From Octopus vulgaris (taxonomy: Eukaryota): a DNA stretch of 64,000 bases. Below, piece by piece: positions 51,138 to 64,000 of this stretch. Numbering within the stretch: the first letter of the stretch is position 1; the number at the start of each line of letters is the position of its first letter. The stretch is taken from assembly GCA_951406725.2 (NCBI GenBank), contig OX597836.1, positions 6,076,001 through 6,140,000 on the forward strand, written 5' to 3'. The notes under the pieces are model-generated. The model was given only the letters and a program-made list of their open reading frames with translations. It was not told the DNA's origin and did not search any database. The translations under genes were made by a program, and so were the position numbers.

Positions 51138-51350
51138 AGGCGGCGAATTGGCAGAAACGTTAGCACGTCGGGCGAAATGCTTAGCTGTATTTCGTCTGCC
51201 GTTACGTTCTGAGTTCAAATTCCACCGAGGTCGACTTTACCTTTCATCCTTTCGGGGTCGATTAAATAGGTACCAGTTACGCACTGGGGTCGATATAATC
51301 GACTTAATCCCTTTGTCTGTCCTTGTTTGTCCCCTCTATGTTTAGACCCT
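51138..51350 (+). mobile_element. SINE-A, tail 1
   Basis: GGCGGCGAATTGGCAGAAACGTTAGCACG...CCCTCTATGTTTAGACCCTTG. Confidence 0.9.
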
Positions 51351-51526
51351 TGTTCTGATGCGCTTCTGTTCATCTGCCGGGCAATCTTCTCAACCGTCCT
51401 TGGTAGACATTCGCAGAATCTAGGGTTTGCGAGAAAACAAAATGGCATCGGTAGTGGATACAGACACGTGCGCGTGCACAGACCCACAGACACGCAAACA
51501 CAAACACACACACACACTTATATAAA

Positions 51527-51897
<371 letters not shown>

Positions 51898-52091
51898 TGA
51901 GAGATAGACGGATAGATAAACAGTTTAATACAAAAATATATAGATAGATTCAGACGGACAGGCGGTAATATACACGTACTCATTTATATATATATTCCTA
52001 TATTCATATATAAAGAGAGAGGGGGAGGTAGGGAGAGTAAGAAAGAGTGTGTGTATGTGTGTTATATTCAATAAAGTACTTAAACATGTAG

Positions 52092-52125
<34 letters not shown>

Positions 52126-52679
52126 AATTTTGCATGAATTCATCTAATACGTTAGATTACTTACAGTACTTACCAGCGGGGAATAGCTGTTTGTGGCCAT
52201 TTAAACAATTAAGACTATATATCAAAACCACTAAACATTTTATCGGAAATCATTTGCAGATAGACAGAGTAAATCTTTAAAAATCATAAACACTTTTCGT
52301 TTGTCCATGTTGAAATAACGATTTATGATTTTTTTTTTCTTTTCCTCTTTATATGATTTAACCTCTTCTAGTTTCACTTTCGTTTTCGCTTTTTCATTTT
52401 CGTTTTGCTCTACACCTCTCCCGTTTCACCACCACAACTGCCGTCGCCGCCGCCGCTGCCGTCTTTAGCATTACAGCTTTTTTTTTTTTTTATTTTGTTA
52501 TTTTTTTCTTCTTAGCATTTCTAGTTGTTATTGTCGTTATGGTAAATTTTAGTGCCATGATTGGTACACGAAGATTGTAACGGTTGGTATTACTATTGCA
52601 TGAAATGAAATGAAAAACATCAGTGCAAATATATTGACCTGACATTAGCGGAATTGTGTACATTTTTCTCAACCTACAC

Positions 52680-52980
52680 TTCTTCTTCTTCTTTTTCTTC
52701 TTATTCTTCTTCTTCTTTTTCTTCTTTTTCTTCTTCTTTTTCTTCTTCTTCTTCTTCTCTCCTCCTTCTTCCTTCACCTCCTCCTCCTCTTCTTTCCCTT
52801 CTTATTATTCTTCTTCTTCTTCCTCCACCTCTTTTTCCTATTTTTCTTCTTCTTCTTCTTCTTCTTCTTCTTCTTCTTCCTTTTCTTGTTCCTTCACCTC
52901 CTCCTCCTCTTCTTTCCCTTCTTAATCTTCCTCTTCTTCTTCCTCCACCTCTTTTTCCTATTTTTCTTCTTCTTCCTTTC
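52680..52980. repeat. (TTC)n/(CCT)n polypyrimidine tract with a 120-bp-period duplication
   Basis: CCTTCACCTCCTCCTCCTCTTCTTTCCCTTCTTA...CCTCCACCTCTTTTTCCTATTTTTC begins at both 52771 and 52891. Confidence 0.9.
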
Positions 52981-53066
52981 TCAAAATTTCTTGGTGTATA
53001 TTGTGTTACAATTTCTTATGGTTGTCTTCTATCATTGGATTTAAAGAGGGGATGCACAAATGATGA

Positions 53067-54638
<1,572 letters not shown>

Positions 54639-54680
54639 TGTATAAGTATAAATTTATAAAATCAAAAAGATGAAAATAAC

Positions 54681-55241
54681 AGCTTTCCAACGTAGCATCA
54701 CGAAGAAGATAGCCTCTATGCAGAATATAAGCTACTGGGAAAGACTCAAGAGATTAAAACTCCATTCCTTGGAGCGTAGGCGAGAAAGATATGCCATAAT
54801 ATACATCTGGAAGATCCTGGAAGGACTTGTCCCAAACTTTGGCATCGAGAGTTACACAAATGCCAGAACAGGGCGCCACTGCGTGGTCTCTAGGACTCCA
54901 AATTTGCCATCAAGATGTAGGACAAGATACTGTGATAGCCTGGGCTTCCGAGGCCCACAGCTCTTCAATATCCTCCCGAAGAACCTGAGAGACCTGCATG
55001 GGATGGATGCAGATGTCTTTAAAATGAAACTGGATCTTTTCTTGTCAGGTATCCCAGATGAACCAACTTCACGGCAGGAGGTGCAGATGAGGGCAGCTGC
55101 ATCGAACTCTCTCATGCACCAAATGGCAGTTGCTAAAAAGCATTCGTGAAGTAAAACCATGTAGCAACACCAAATGGCGGTGCCCCAGCATGGCCACAGC
55201 TCGTGAGCTGAAACTAGAATCAATCAATCAATCAATCAATC
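54681..55241 (+). mobile_element. 5'-truncated CR1-clade LINE (ORF2 C-terminus, 3' UTR, (AATC)n tail)
   Basis: QRSITKKI...ISYWERLKRLKLHSLERRRER...FNILP...FKMKLDLFL is the CR1-group C-terminal signature; open to the stop at 55149; ends GCTGAAACTAG(AATC)n. Confidence 0.92.
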
Positions 55242-55497
55242 AGTCGCAAATCGCAAAAAATATTTTTCTACATTAGCAAAAGTGTTGAGTTTCCATATTA
55301 ATCAATAACATAAGAATAATATTAATAAATAAGATCCATGGTTAGGTATGTGTATCGCACGCCATCAGGTGAGTGGCTTTGAAACCACGTAATGAGGTTG
55401 TTACCAAGTTGATATTATATAAATACGCACACACGCACACTTACACAGACACATGCATACACACACACAAGCACACACATGTACACTTTTACATGTT

Positions 55498-55758
55498 TAA
55501 GTCATTTGACAGCAGCCATACTGGAGCACCGTCTTTAGTCGAAAAAATCGACCCCGGGACTTACTCTTTGTAAGCCCAGTACTTATTCTATTGGTCTTTT
55601 TTTGCCGAGCCGCTATGTTACGGTGACGCAAACACACCAACATCGGTTGTCAAGCATAGACACGCAAACATATACATACACACATACACCAACATCGGTT
55701 GTCAAGCATAGACACACAAACATATACATACACACATACATATATGCATGTATGTTTG

Positions 55759-55841
<83 letters not shown>

Positions 55842-55975
55842 GACAGGCTCATTTCAGTTTCCGGCTACTAACTCTACTCACAAGGCTATAGTAGAAGGTG
55901 CTGCGCAGTGGGACTGAACCGGGAAACATGTAATTGGGAAGCAAGCTTCTTACCACACAGCCACGCCTGCGCCTA
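55498..55975 (-). mobile_element. SINE-B (inverted) with an internal 52-bp tandem duplication
   Basis: Reverse-complement head CCACACAGCCACGCCTGCGCC and tail CATACTGGAGCACCG; ACACCAACATCGGTTGTCAAGCATAGACAC begins at both 55634 and 55686. Confidence 0.85.
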
Positions 55976-56006
55976 TAAATATGTATATATATATGTATAT
56001 ATACAC

Positions 56007-56090
<84 letters not shown>

Positions 56091-56796
56091 TAAATATATA
56101 TACTAAACCTATATACTAAATCCATCCACACAAAAATCTTTAGTCGGACCCAAGCTCTTTATCTAGATGCCATGCAATGGGACTGAACTCGGAATTATGT
56201 GGTTTCCAAGTAAGCTTCTTACCACGGACCCACATATATATATATATGGATATTTAGTGACCCCTAAAATAAAATTTAAAGTTCTTATTTGCTAATACTT
56301 ATGGTTTGTCGAACAGTCACAACAAAACGGATTCTGTTCAATATTCAATGATTTTCTGGGAAGATAATAATTTTACAACATAATTTTTTAGCTGTTTTTC
56401 AACTGAGCCCTCTGACGACCATAAGTATATAATCTTAAAACATTTTAGCAACGACCTAGAGGTTGTGTTTAAAGAAGACCACCAATTCAATTATTTTTCT
56501 TCTAGGAAACGGGACAATTTTATTAAAAGTATCCTGCACTGCACTTAGATCTTCCGTAAAATCTAATGTACCAGTTCATTCATACAAAGATACATATGCA
56601 TATGCATATATATATATATATATATATACACACATCATATATGTCATATATATACATATATATATATATACGTATATATATGTATCCTCACAGATACATA
56701 TCTATGTGTGTGTGTGCGTGTGTGTATAAATATGTATATGTATGTGATTGTCTGGACGTATGTGTGTGAGGATTGTATATATATATATATATATAT

Positions 56797-56876
<80 letters not shown>

Positions 56877-56949
56877 AAATGTACATTAAAAATGTAGACA
56901 ACGCATGAAAAACCATTCTTTTAAGATGTGGCATTAGTTTGCTTCTTTA

Positions 56950-57200
56950 ACAGAAAGAGGTGTCAACGTTTCGGACGTTTGTCCTTCATCTAAGGAAAGA
57001 GAGCATAGAAAGCTTGAGAGACGAGGATAGCTTCTAAATGCACACAAAGTGAATGGGCAGTTAAGAACCAGCTATGAATTGTGTTTCTATGTCGGTAGTT
57101 AAGAAGGGAGTGAAGAATTGTTCCTTTCGAAGGTCAGGTTCGTGATTGTTATGTGTTCTAAGAAATAGTGCGTGAGAGATCTGTTTCAAAGTATATCAGA
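56950..57200 (-). mobile_element. Possible Penelope-like element 3' end with hammerhead-like remnant
   Basis: Minus strand TAGATGAAGGAC-AAAC-GTCCGAAACGTT resembles the PLE terminal motif TGA(T/A)GAAGG...CCGAAACGT; element boundaries uncertain. Confidence 0.4.
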
Positions 57201-57495
57201 GATTTCTACTTTTACTTATGTATGGATTTACGCTAACAGAAGAAATTCTGTAGATAGTCGTCCGATAGATGGGATCGTTCTTTGAAAGGGTCAGCTGTTC
57301 CAAACACTGTATCGAGTCGATTCAGCCTGAGAATTCTTTTAAGGCTACACGTGTCTCGGAAATATCACCTACTTACTCTAGAATTCAAAGAATAGGTGTA
57401 TCAGTCGATCGATTCACCAGAGTACTCGTCGTCTTAAATGACGGACGATTCATTTACTTATACACACACACATACATATGTATATAACTAAATAA

Positions 57496-57570
<75 letters not shown>

Positions 57571-57571
57571 A

Positions 57572-57622
<51 letters not shown>

Positions 57623-57625
57623 AAT

Positions 57626-57667
<42 letters not shown>

Positions 57668-58046
57668 CATGTTTCCATCTATGAGTAACAAGTATTTATG
57701 TAAGTATTGATGAACTTCATACGCATGTATATGTGCAAGGCAGACTAGTTATGCACGTATGTAGATATGTATTATATATATATATATATATATGTATCAA
57801 TGTGGGCGTATAAACATATGTGAGTGCTTGCACGCGGGTGGATGTGTATGTATTGAAATTTTCTTATGTAAGAATTTAGGTGTGTGTACATGCTTGTAAG
57901 TTTTAGTATATGCGTGTGTTTGTATGACAGTTTACATGGCTTTATGTACGTAAACTTGTACGGACCTTTGTGTATGTACACATATCGATATTTGTATATA
58001 TGCATACGTGTATATATATATATGTGTGTGTGTATGTATGTCTGTG

Positions 58047-58091
<45 letters not shown>

Positions 58092-58428
58092 CCACGTATG
58101 TATGCATATTTTGAGATTGTGTGCGTGTATATATTGTTTGTATGCATGCATATATGTTTATGCGAATTCATGTGTGTGCGTGTGTGTGTGTGGTGTATAC
58201 ACATATATACATTTATGCACAACTACATCTATATCAATATATATGTATGTATGTATGTATAAATGTGTTGTGTACATATGTATATGTATGTGAAACAGAG
58301 GTAAAAGGTTAGTGCGAGTGAAAGACAGGGTTTTTACTGAATCTGCAGAAGAGAGGCGATTCAGTGAATCGATGTAGCAACTAATATCGGAACGATTGCT
58401 AATCGATAACAAAATGAAATAGATGTTT

Positions 58429-58517
58429 GCCGCCATCTTCTTCGCCTTTCCCGTCCACTTCCCTTTTTCCCGCCATTGTCTTCTCTTTCCCGCCATCTTA
58501 TTCCCATTTCCCGCCAA
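58429..58517. promoter_or_regulatory. ~20-bp-period cluster of TTTCCCGCCA (E2F-like) and CGCCATCTT (YY1-like) motifs
   Basis: TTTCCCGCC at 58466, 58486 and 58507; TTTCCCGTC at 58447; CGCCATCTT at 58431 and 58491. Confidence 0.3.
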
Positions 58518-58829
58518 TCCACTCCATTAGTACTTTTTTTAGTTACTATGCTGTTTTACGCCTCTGTCTCTCTCCCTTCGCCCTAATCTCTTTCTCTCTC
58601 TCTCTCTCTCTTTCTCTCCATCTCTAACTTTCCCTGTTTCTTTCATTATTTATCTCGTTCGCTGTATCCTTATCAAAATCATTCTCTTGTAATTCGTTCG
58701 CTCTTCGTTCACCTCCCTATATATTCCTTATTTGCTCTCTTTCTCTCTCTCTCTCTTTCTCTTTCTCTCTATCTTTGTCCCTATCTCCCCTCATTCTCAC
58801 ACGCAAACCATTAACAAGAATTCGCTCCC

Positions 58830-59828
58830 ATAACCATTATTTCCACCACCACCATTACACTAACACCATCAGCTCCACCACCAGCATTGCTGTCACTACT
58901 TCTCCAGCACTTCCACCATCAACCTCACCACCACCTCCAGTACCACCATCCGTACAACCTCTAGCCCCGTCGTTGCTACTAGCACAATCGCCACCTCTAG
59001 CACCACCGTCACCACCGCTACCACAAATTCCTTTTCAGTATCACCACCACTCCACCACAACCACCTCAATCACAACCACCACCATCACCACCATCACCAC
59101 TACCGCCACCACAACCACCATCATCAGCTACTTGCGCCAATCAGGGCCAATATGAAACCCCACCGAACACCATACCCACCAAGTACAGGGCGCCCTTATC
59201 TACATTAAATACACACCCCACGCTAGAAATAGCAACCCGCATCTACTTCAAATCGTATCCTCACGTCTTAGAATGTGACATATAGTAGAAACCGTTTCAG
59301 AGTTGTCTACTCATAGGGGGTGGTCAAGGAGGGAATCAGTTCGGTGTTGGATCTTTTCGATAAGAGCTGATAGGAACTAGACAGCACTGACGTCAATGAC
59401 CGCACTGATATACTAGAAATAGAAACCAGATTGCCTCACATATCATCCAAAGTTGAAGGGCTAACTGTAGACAATGCCGTTTTTGGTCTAGAAAAGGATG
59501 GTCAAAGTTGGAACGCCATTGATCATAATTTATGGCGCAATTAGGTTTGAACTTAGGGCTAATACCTGCTTCATCTAACTGTTGTTAAAATCCTTTCTGC
59601 AATGAGCACAAGGCTTGAAATTTGGGTGGAGGGACTAGGTTGATTACATCGACCCCAGTGCGCATTTGGTACTTATTTCATGCCTACTTGCAAAGGACGA
59701 AAGACAAAGTGAGTTTCAGCGGCATTCGAACGCAAAACGTAAAAGACCGACGAAATACAGCTGATGCTACTATTATTTCCGCCGGCACCAACTCAACCAC
59801 TCCCCACCGCTACACTCGCAATCTCTTT

Positions 59829-59888
<60 letters not shown>

Positions 59889-62000
59889 ATACTACTACTA
59901 CTACTACTGCTGCTTCTTCTTATTCTACTATTAATATTACTACTACTTCTTCTTTTTCTTCTACTACTACTACTACTACTACTAAAACTACTACCCATGC
60001 CCTTCTTTCAAAGACTATCAATGAAACACAATTATCATCATCATCGTCATCATCATCATCACGAATATGATGAAACGTTTCTACCGCTAACATCACCTCA
60101 TCCACCATCGCCTCATCCGCCATCAACCATCGCCCTCAATCAAATCTCCAGATACAACCATCAGACGCCATATTTGCTACAACCACCGCCATCACAACCA
60201 TCAAACGCCAATTGTATCACCACCATCACCATCATCATTAAGAATCACCATCACTTCAACCATTACAACCATCAAACACCACTATTGCTACTACTACCAT
60301 CATTACCCCCACAAGAACCATCAAACGCTGTCACTACCACCGTGGCCTTCACCGTCAAACACATCACAACGCACCACTATCATCGACCATAACATTATTA
60401 CCAATACCCCCCACCTCTATGAAACACCATCCTCGCCTCCACCACAACCATAGAACAATCATATTCACTACCACAACTACCACTACTGACATCAGCCGTT
60501 CGAGAATTTGGACCTGGAGATCTCCATTTCCAGCGACTTCGAGGGCCACCTCCCAGTGGTGTCGGGCGTCAACGAAGAGCCCTCGACTACAAGACGACCA
60601 AAGTATTTTTTTTCCCATGGTCTAGGGTCTCCCGCCCCTAAGCCCTAGACCATCACTTAATCACCCTTACCCGTCTTGTTGCTTAACAACAACAACAACC
60701 ACCGATATCAACCAACGCTACCATCACCATTGTGACAATCAAACAGCGCAAAATGGCGCCACGGACGTCAAACATTCATACAACAGCAAAAACTAGGAAA
60801 CACTGCCATCGCTCCACGACAACCATCAAAGGCCATAATTGCCACATCCATCAAACACCAATACCATCGCCGCTACGTTTATGAAACACAACCAACATCA
60901 CAACTACCAATGTAGTTGGATGGAACCACCATCACCAACCCAATTATCACCATCGGTTAATATTATCTTCACTACTACAAGCATCACACAAAATCACTAC
61001 TACCAGACGTGACCATCACACAACCATCAAACACGACCATTACCATCAAATTCCTTCGTTGCCATCAAATACCACCATCACCACCAACAGACACCACCAC
61101 CGCCTCTATAAAACATCGCCATTACCGCCTCCATCAAACACTTCAATTATCAATACTATTAAACAGCAGCACCACCACTACCATCCAAAACGCCACCACC
61201 GCTACCATCGACCATTAATACTATCAAACACTGCCAACTCCATTACCATCAAACACCGTCACCGCTACCATCAATTACCACAACACCTGCTACCACCAAA
61301 CATTACGAATACCATCAAACACAGCAGTCATAATGTCAGAACTACCATCAAACATCACCATTACCTTCAAACAATATCTCCACCAATACCGTCAAACACA
61401 ATCACTACAACTGTCATCAATCAAACATTAACGCTACTACCATCAAACACCACCACCATTACCTTCAAACAGTGCTTCCATTAATACCGTCAAACCCCAT
61501 CACCACCACCATTAATCAAACACTACCGCTACTACCCTCAAACAACGACGCCATCACTACCATCAAGCACCACAACCACCATCACGATCAAACACTGCAA
61601 TCAAACTGTCACCACTACCATCAAACACTACCACTATTACCTTCAAACAATGCCTCCAACAATACCGTCAAACACCATCACCACCACTGCCATCAATCAG
61701 ACACTGCCACCACTACAATCAAACACCGAAGCCACCGCTACCCTCAGACACCACTACAACCATATTGTCGCAACTATCATCAAACACCACCACCACCATC
61801 ACCACCACCATCATCGCCACTACCACCTCAACTGCAGCCATCAAACACACTGTCATCTTTACAACCACCTTGACTATCATCAAAACCCAATCACTACAAT
61901 CCAACACAACCATCACACTGGCACAACCATCAAACACAACCACCACCACCACCACCACCACCACCACCGCCACTGATGCCTACCACCCCCTTATCTCGTA
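58830..62000. repeat. Large C/A-rich low-complexity domain: (ACC)n-derived, (CTA)n, and recurring CCATCAAACA units
   Basis: Strong strand asymmetry; (CTA)n at ~59829-59995; many ACCATCAAACA(C) motifs at 60700-61950; interrupted by SINE and LINE remnants. Confidence 0.85.
59595..59765 (-). mobile_element. SINE-A (tail 2), diverged
   Basis: GCACAAGGC...GATTACATCGACCCCAGTG...TGGTACTTATTT...AAAGGACGAAAGACAAAGT...CGAAATAC. Confidence 0.7.
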
Positions 62001-62393
62001 ATGCTATCAACTTGCCCAGCAGGAATATTCCATTCCTGCCATGAAATGTCAAGTTGTCTGTAGTTAAGGAAAAACCATTCTAATCTTAAACACTTCAATT
62101 CTATAGAGATTTCCCACAATCCTCTCTGATTTCCTCCCACTCTCCCTCCTTTCCTTCCTCCCTCCCCCTCTCCTTCTCATCCTTTTTGCTCTTCGCTTCA
62201 CTCTTTATTTAATTTTTTTCGCTGTTATCTCTCTTTCTCCCTTCCTCTCTATCTCTCTCTCTCTCACTCTCTTTCATACTCTCTCTAATTCTGGCTTTCT
62301 CTCTTCTCTCGCTCTTTATTTCGTTTACTGTCTATCTTTTCTCCCCATTTAACAATCTACCATTTTCCTTCATTCTGTCTTCATCTTTCTTTC

Positions 62394-62467
<74 letters not shown>

Positions 62468-62540
62468 TATCTATCTATTTGACTTTCTTTTTTTCATTCT
62501 TTCTGATTGTCTAGCCGCCCGTCTATCCATCCATCGGTAC

Positions 62541-62608
<68 letters not shown>

Positions 62609-62613
62609 CTCTG

Positions 62614-62706
<93 letters not shown>

Positions 62707-63282
62707 GTTTATTTATCTATCTATCTTTCTACCTATCTATTTCTCGATACACACTCTTATACACACACACATAGATATATATAGATGTTTTATATAAATA
62801 CACAAGCACACACTCATGCTCAGACGCGCGCACACACACACACATATATATATCGGTCAATGTACATTTCTTTATTTGTTTTTCACTCCTCACTCTCTCT
62901 CCATCTCTATCTACCTATCTATCTATCTCTGTCTTACTCAGAATATCTCGTTTTCCCTCACTCTCTCGCCCTTACATTTGTTTCCCTCAATTACAACAAA
63001 ATGAGCAGCGGACGAAGCGACAACAACAACAGTAACAACAACAACTTTGATGTAATAAAGAGTTTTATGCTTCTTCCTTTTATCTTCCTCTCATTTTGTC
63101 AATCAAATTTATTTTCTTTTTACTTTCCTTCTCTCTCATACTCTCTGCCCTCTCCCACTCTCTCTCTTCTCCTCCCTCTCTTCCCTCCTTTTCTTCCTCT
63201 CTCTCTCTCTCTCTCTCTCTGTCAGCGTTGCTTCGTTCATTATTTCTAAGAAAGTGGGTGAGTGTAGCGAAATGGCAGAGGC

Positions 63283-63440
63283 ACAGGCGTGGCTGTGTGG
63301 TAAAAAGTTTGTGTCCCAACCACAGGATTCCGGGTTCAATCCCACTCCGTGGCACCTTGGACAAGTGTCTTCTACTATAGCCTCAGGACGGCCAAAGCCT
63401 TGTGAAAGTACTTTGTAGACGGAAACTGAAAGAAGCCTGT
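63283..63440 (+). mobile_element. SINE-B 5' half
   Basis: GGCGTGGCTGTGTGGTAAAAAG...GGGTTCAATCCCACTCCGTGGCACCTTGGACAAGTG...GACGGAAACTGAAAGAAGCC. Confidence 0.85.
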
Positions 63441-63452
63441 CTTCTCTCTCTC

Positions 63453-63495
<43 letters not shown>

Positions 63496-63515
63496 ATGTA
63501 TGTATGTATATGTAT

Positions 63516-64000
63516 ATGGTGGTTGTCTACTCCTTGTGCAGAGTTTGACCACTTCTTGTACCTACACCTTAAAACCATCGTGGCATCTGATGTGGCTTTT
63601 GAAACCAGACAATTTTCTGAAAGGATACCCACATAAATTGCACATCCGATTTGGACCACCAGAACTGCAGTTAAGTTCTGATCTTTGTGGATCTCAAAAT
63701 GTTCTTTTGAGGTCTCCGTTAGATTTGCAGACCTTCTAGCATATACAGCATTGAATGGTGTGCACAGACAAATAGGTAGAATAGTTGGTGGCGGTTCGTT
63801 TTCCATGGGTTCGCAGATGAGATTTGAGCCCAGCAAATGAAAAGCATGGTGTGTCAGAAAACTGTGCTCACAAGAACATCATGGTGATTCCCCTCCTCGC
63901 TCAAATCTCTCTTGAGCCTTACATGCGTTATCCAGGCGTCTTCAAACGCTTTCACTCCACTCCACACTTTTGTTCGCCATCCAACTCTCTTTATAGGAGC
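63516..64000 (-). mobile_element. RTE-clade LINE 3' region with three decayed C2H2 zinc fingers (continues beyond the window)
   Basis: Minus strand: GWRTKVWSGVKAFEDAWITHVRLKR (RTE C-terminal helix), then SFAGLKSHLRTH, QCCIC*KVCKSNGDLKR/HFEIH and CNLCGYPFRKLSGFKSHIRCH across frameshifts; tail GGTCAAACTC...GAGTAGACAACC. Confidence 0.8.

Noticed and set aside
59622-61976. Poly-Leu signal-like and His/Thr-rich ORFs
   Set aside because: Derived from a SINE remnant, (CTA)n and ACC-rich repeats; no splice or domain support.

Overview
AT-rich eukaryotic (metazoan) genomic DNA dominated by microsatellites ((TA)n, (TATG)n, (CA)n, (GATA)n, (AAT)n, (TTC)n, (GGT/ACC)n) and decayed transposable elements. 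The microsatellite load and the tRNA-headed SINE families are what I associate with octopus (cephalopod) genomes; this assignment is inference. I find no intact protein-coding gene, and nearly all ORFs in the supplied track are translated microsatellites. Real coding remnants all come from mobile elements: a Penelope-like element (GIY-YIG), C-terminal fragments of non-LTR retrotransposons (R4/Dong, CRE, two RTE, Tx1, CR1), a possible I/Nimb ORF1 and a mariner end. There are also four non-autonomous Helitrons, a pogo/Tigger-like MITE and more than 30 SINE copies built from exchangeable modules (working names SINE-A to SINE-D are mine). Highlights: (1) an apparently intact type-I hammerhead ribozyme at 48081-48155, plus several decayed ones; (2) a U6 snRNA retrocopy fused to a CR1/SINE 3' tail at 50471-50630; (3) a Tx1 element inserted in (GATA)n whose 3' end matches the SINE-A tail, and a CR1 tail that shares a covarying stem-loop with SINE-B, giving two SINE-LINE partnerships visible in one window; (4) a textbook recursive-splice-site motif (polypyrimidine-CAG|GTAAGT) at 8198/8199; (5) an RTE remnant with three C2H2 zinc fingers. 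The window is probably intronic or intergenic.
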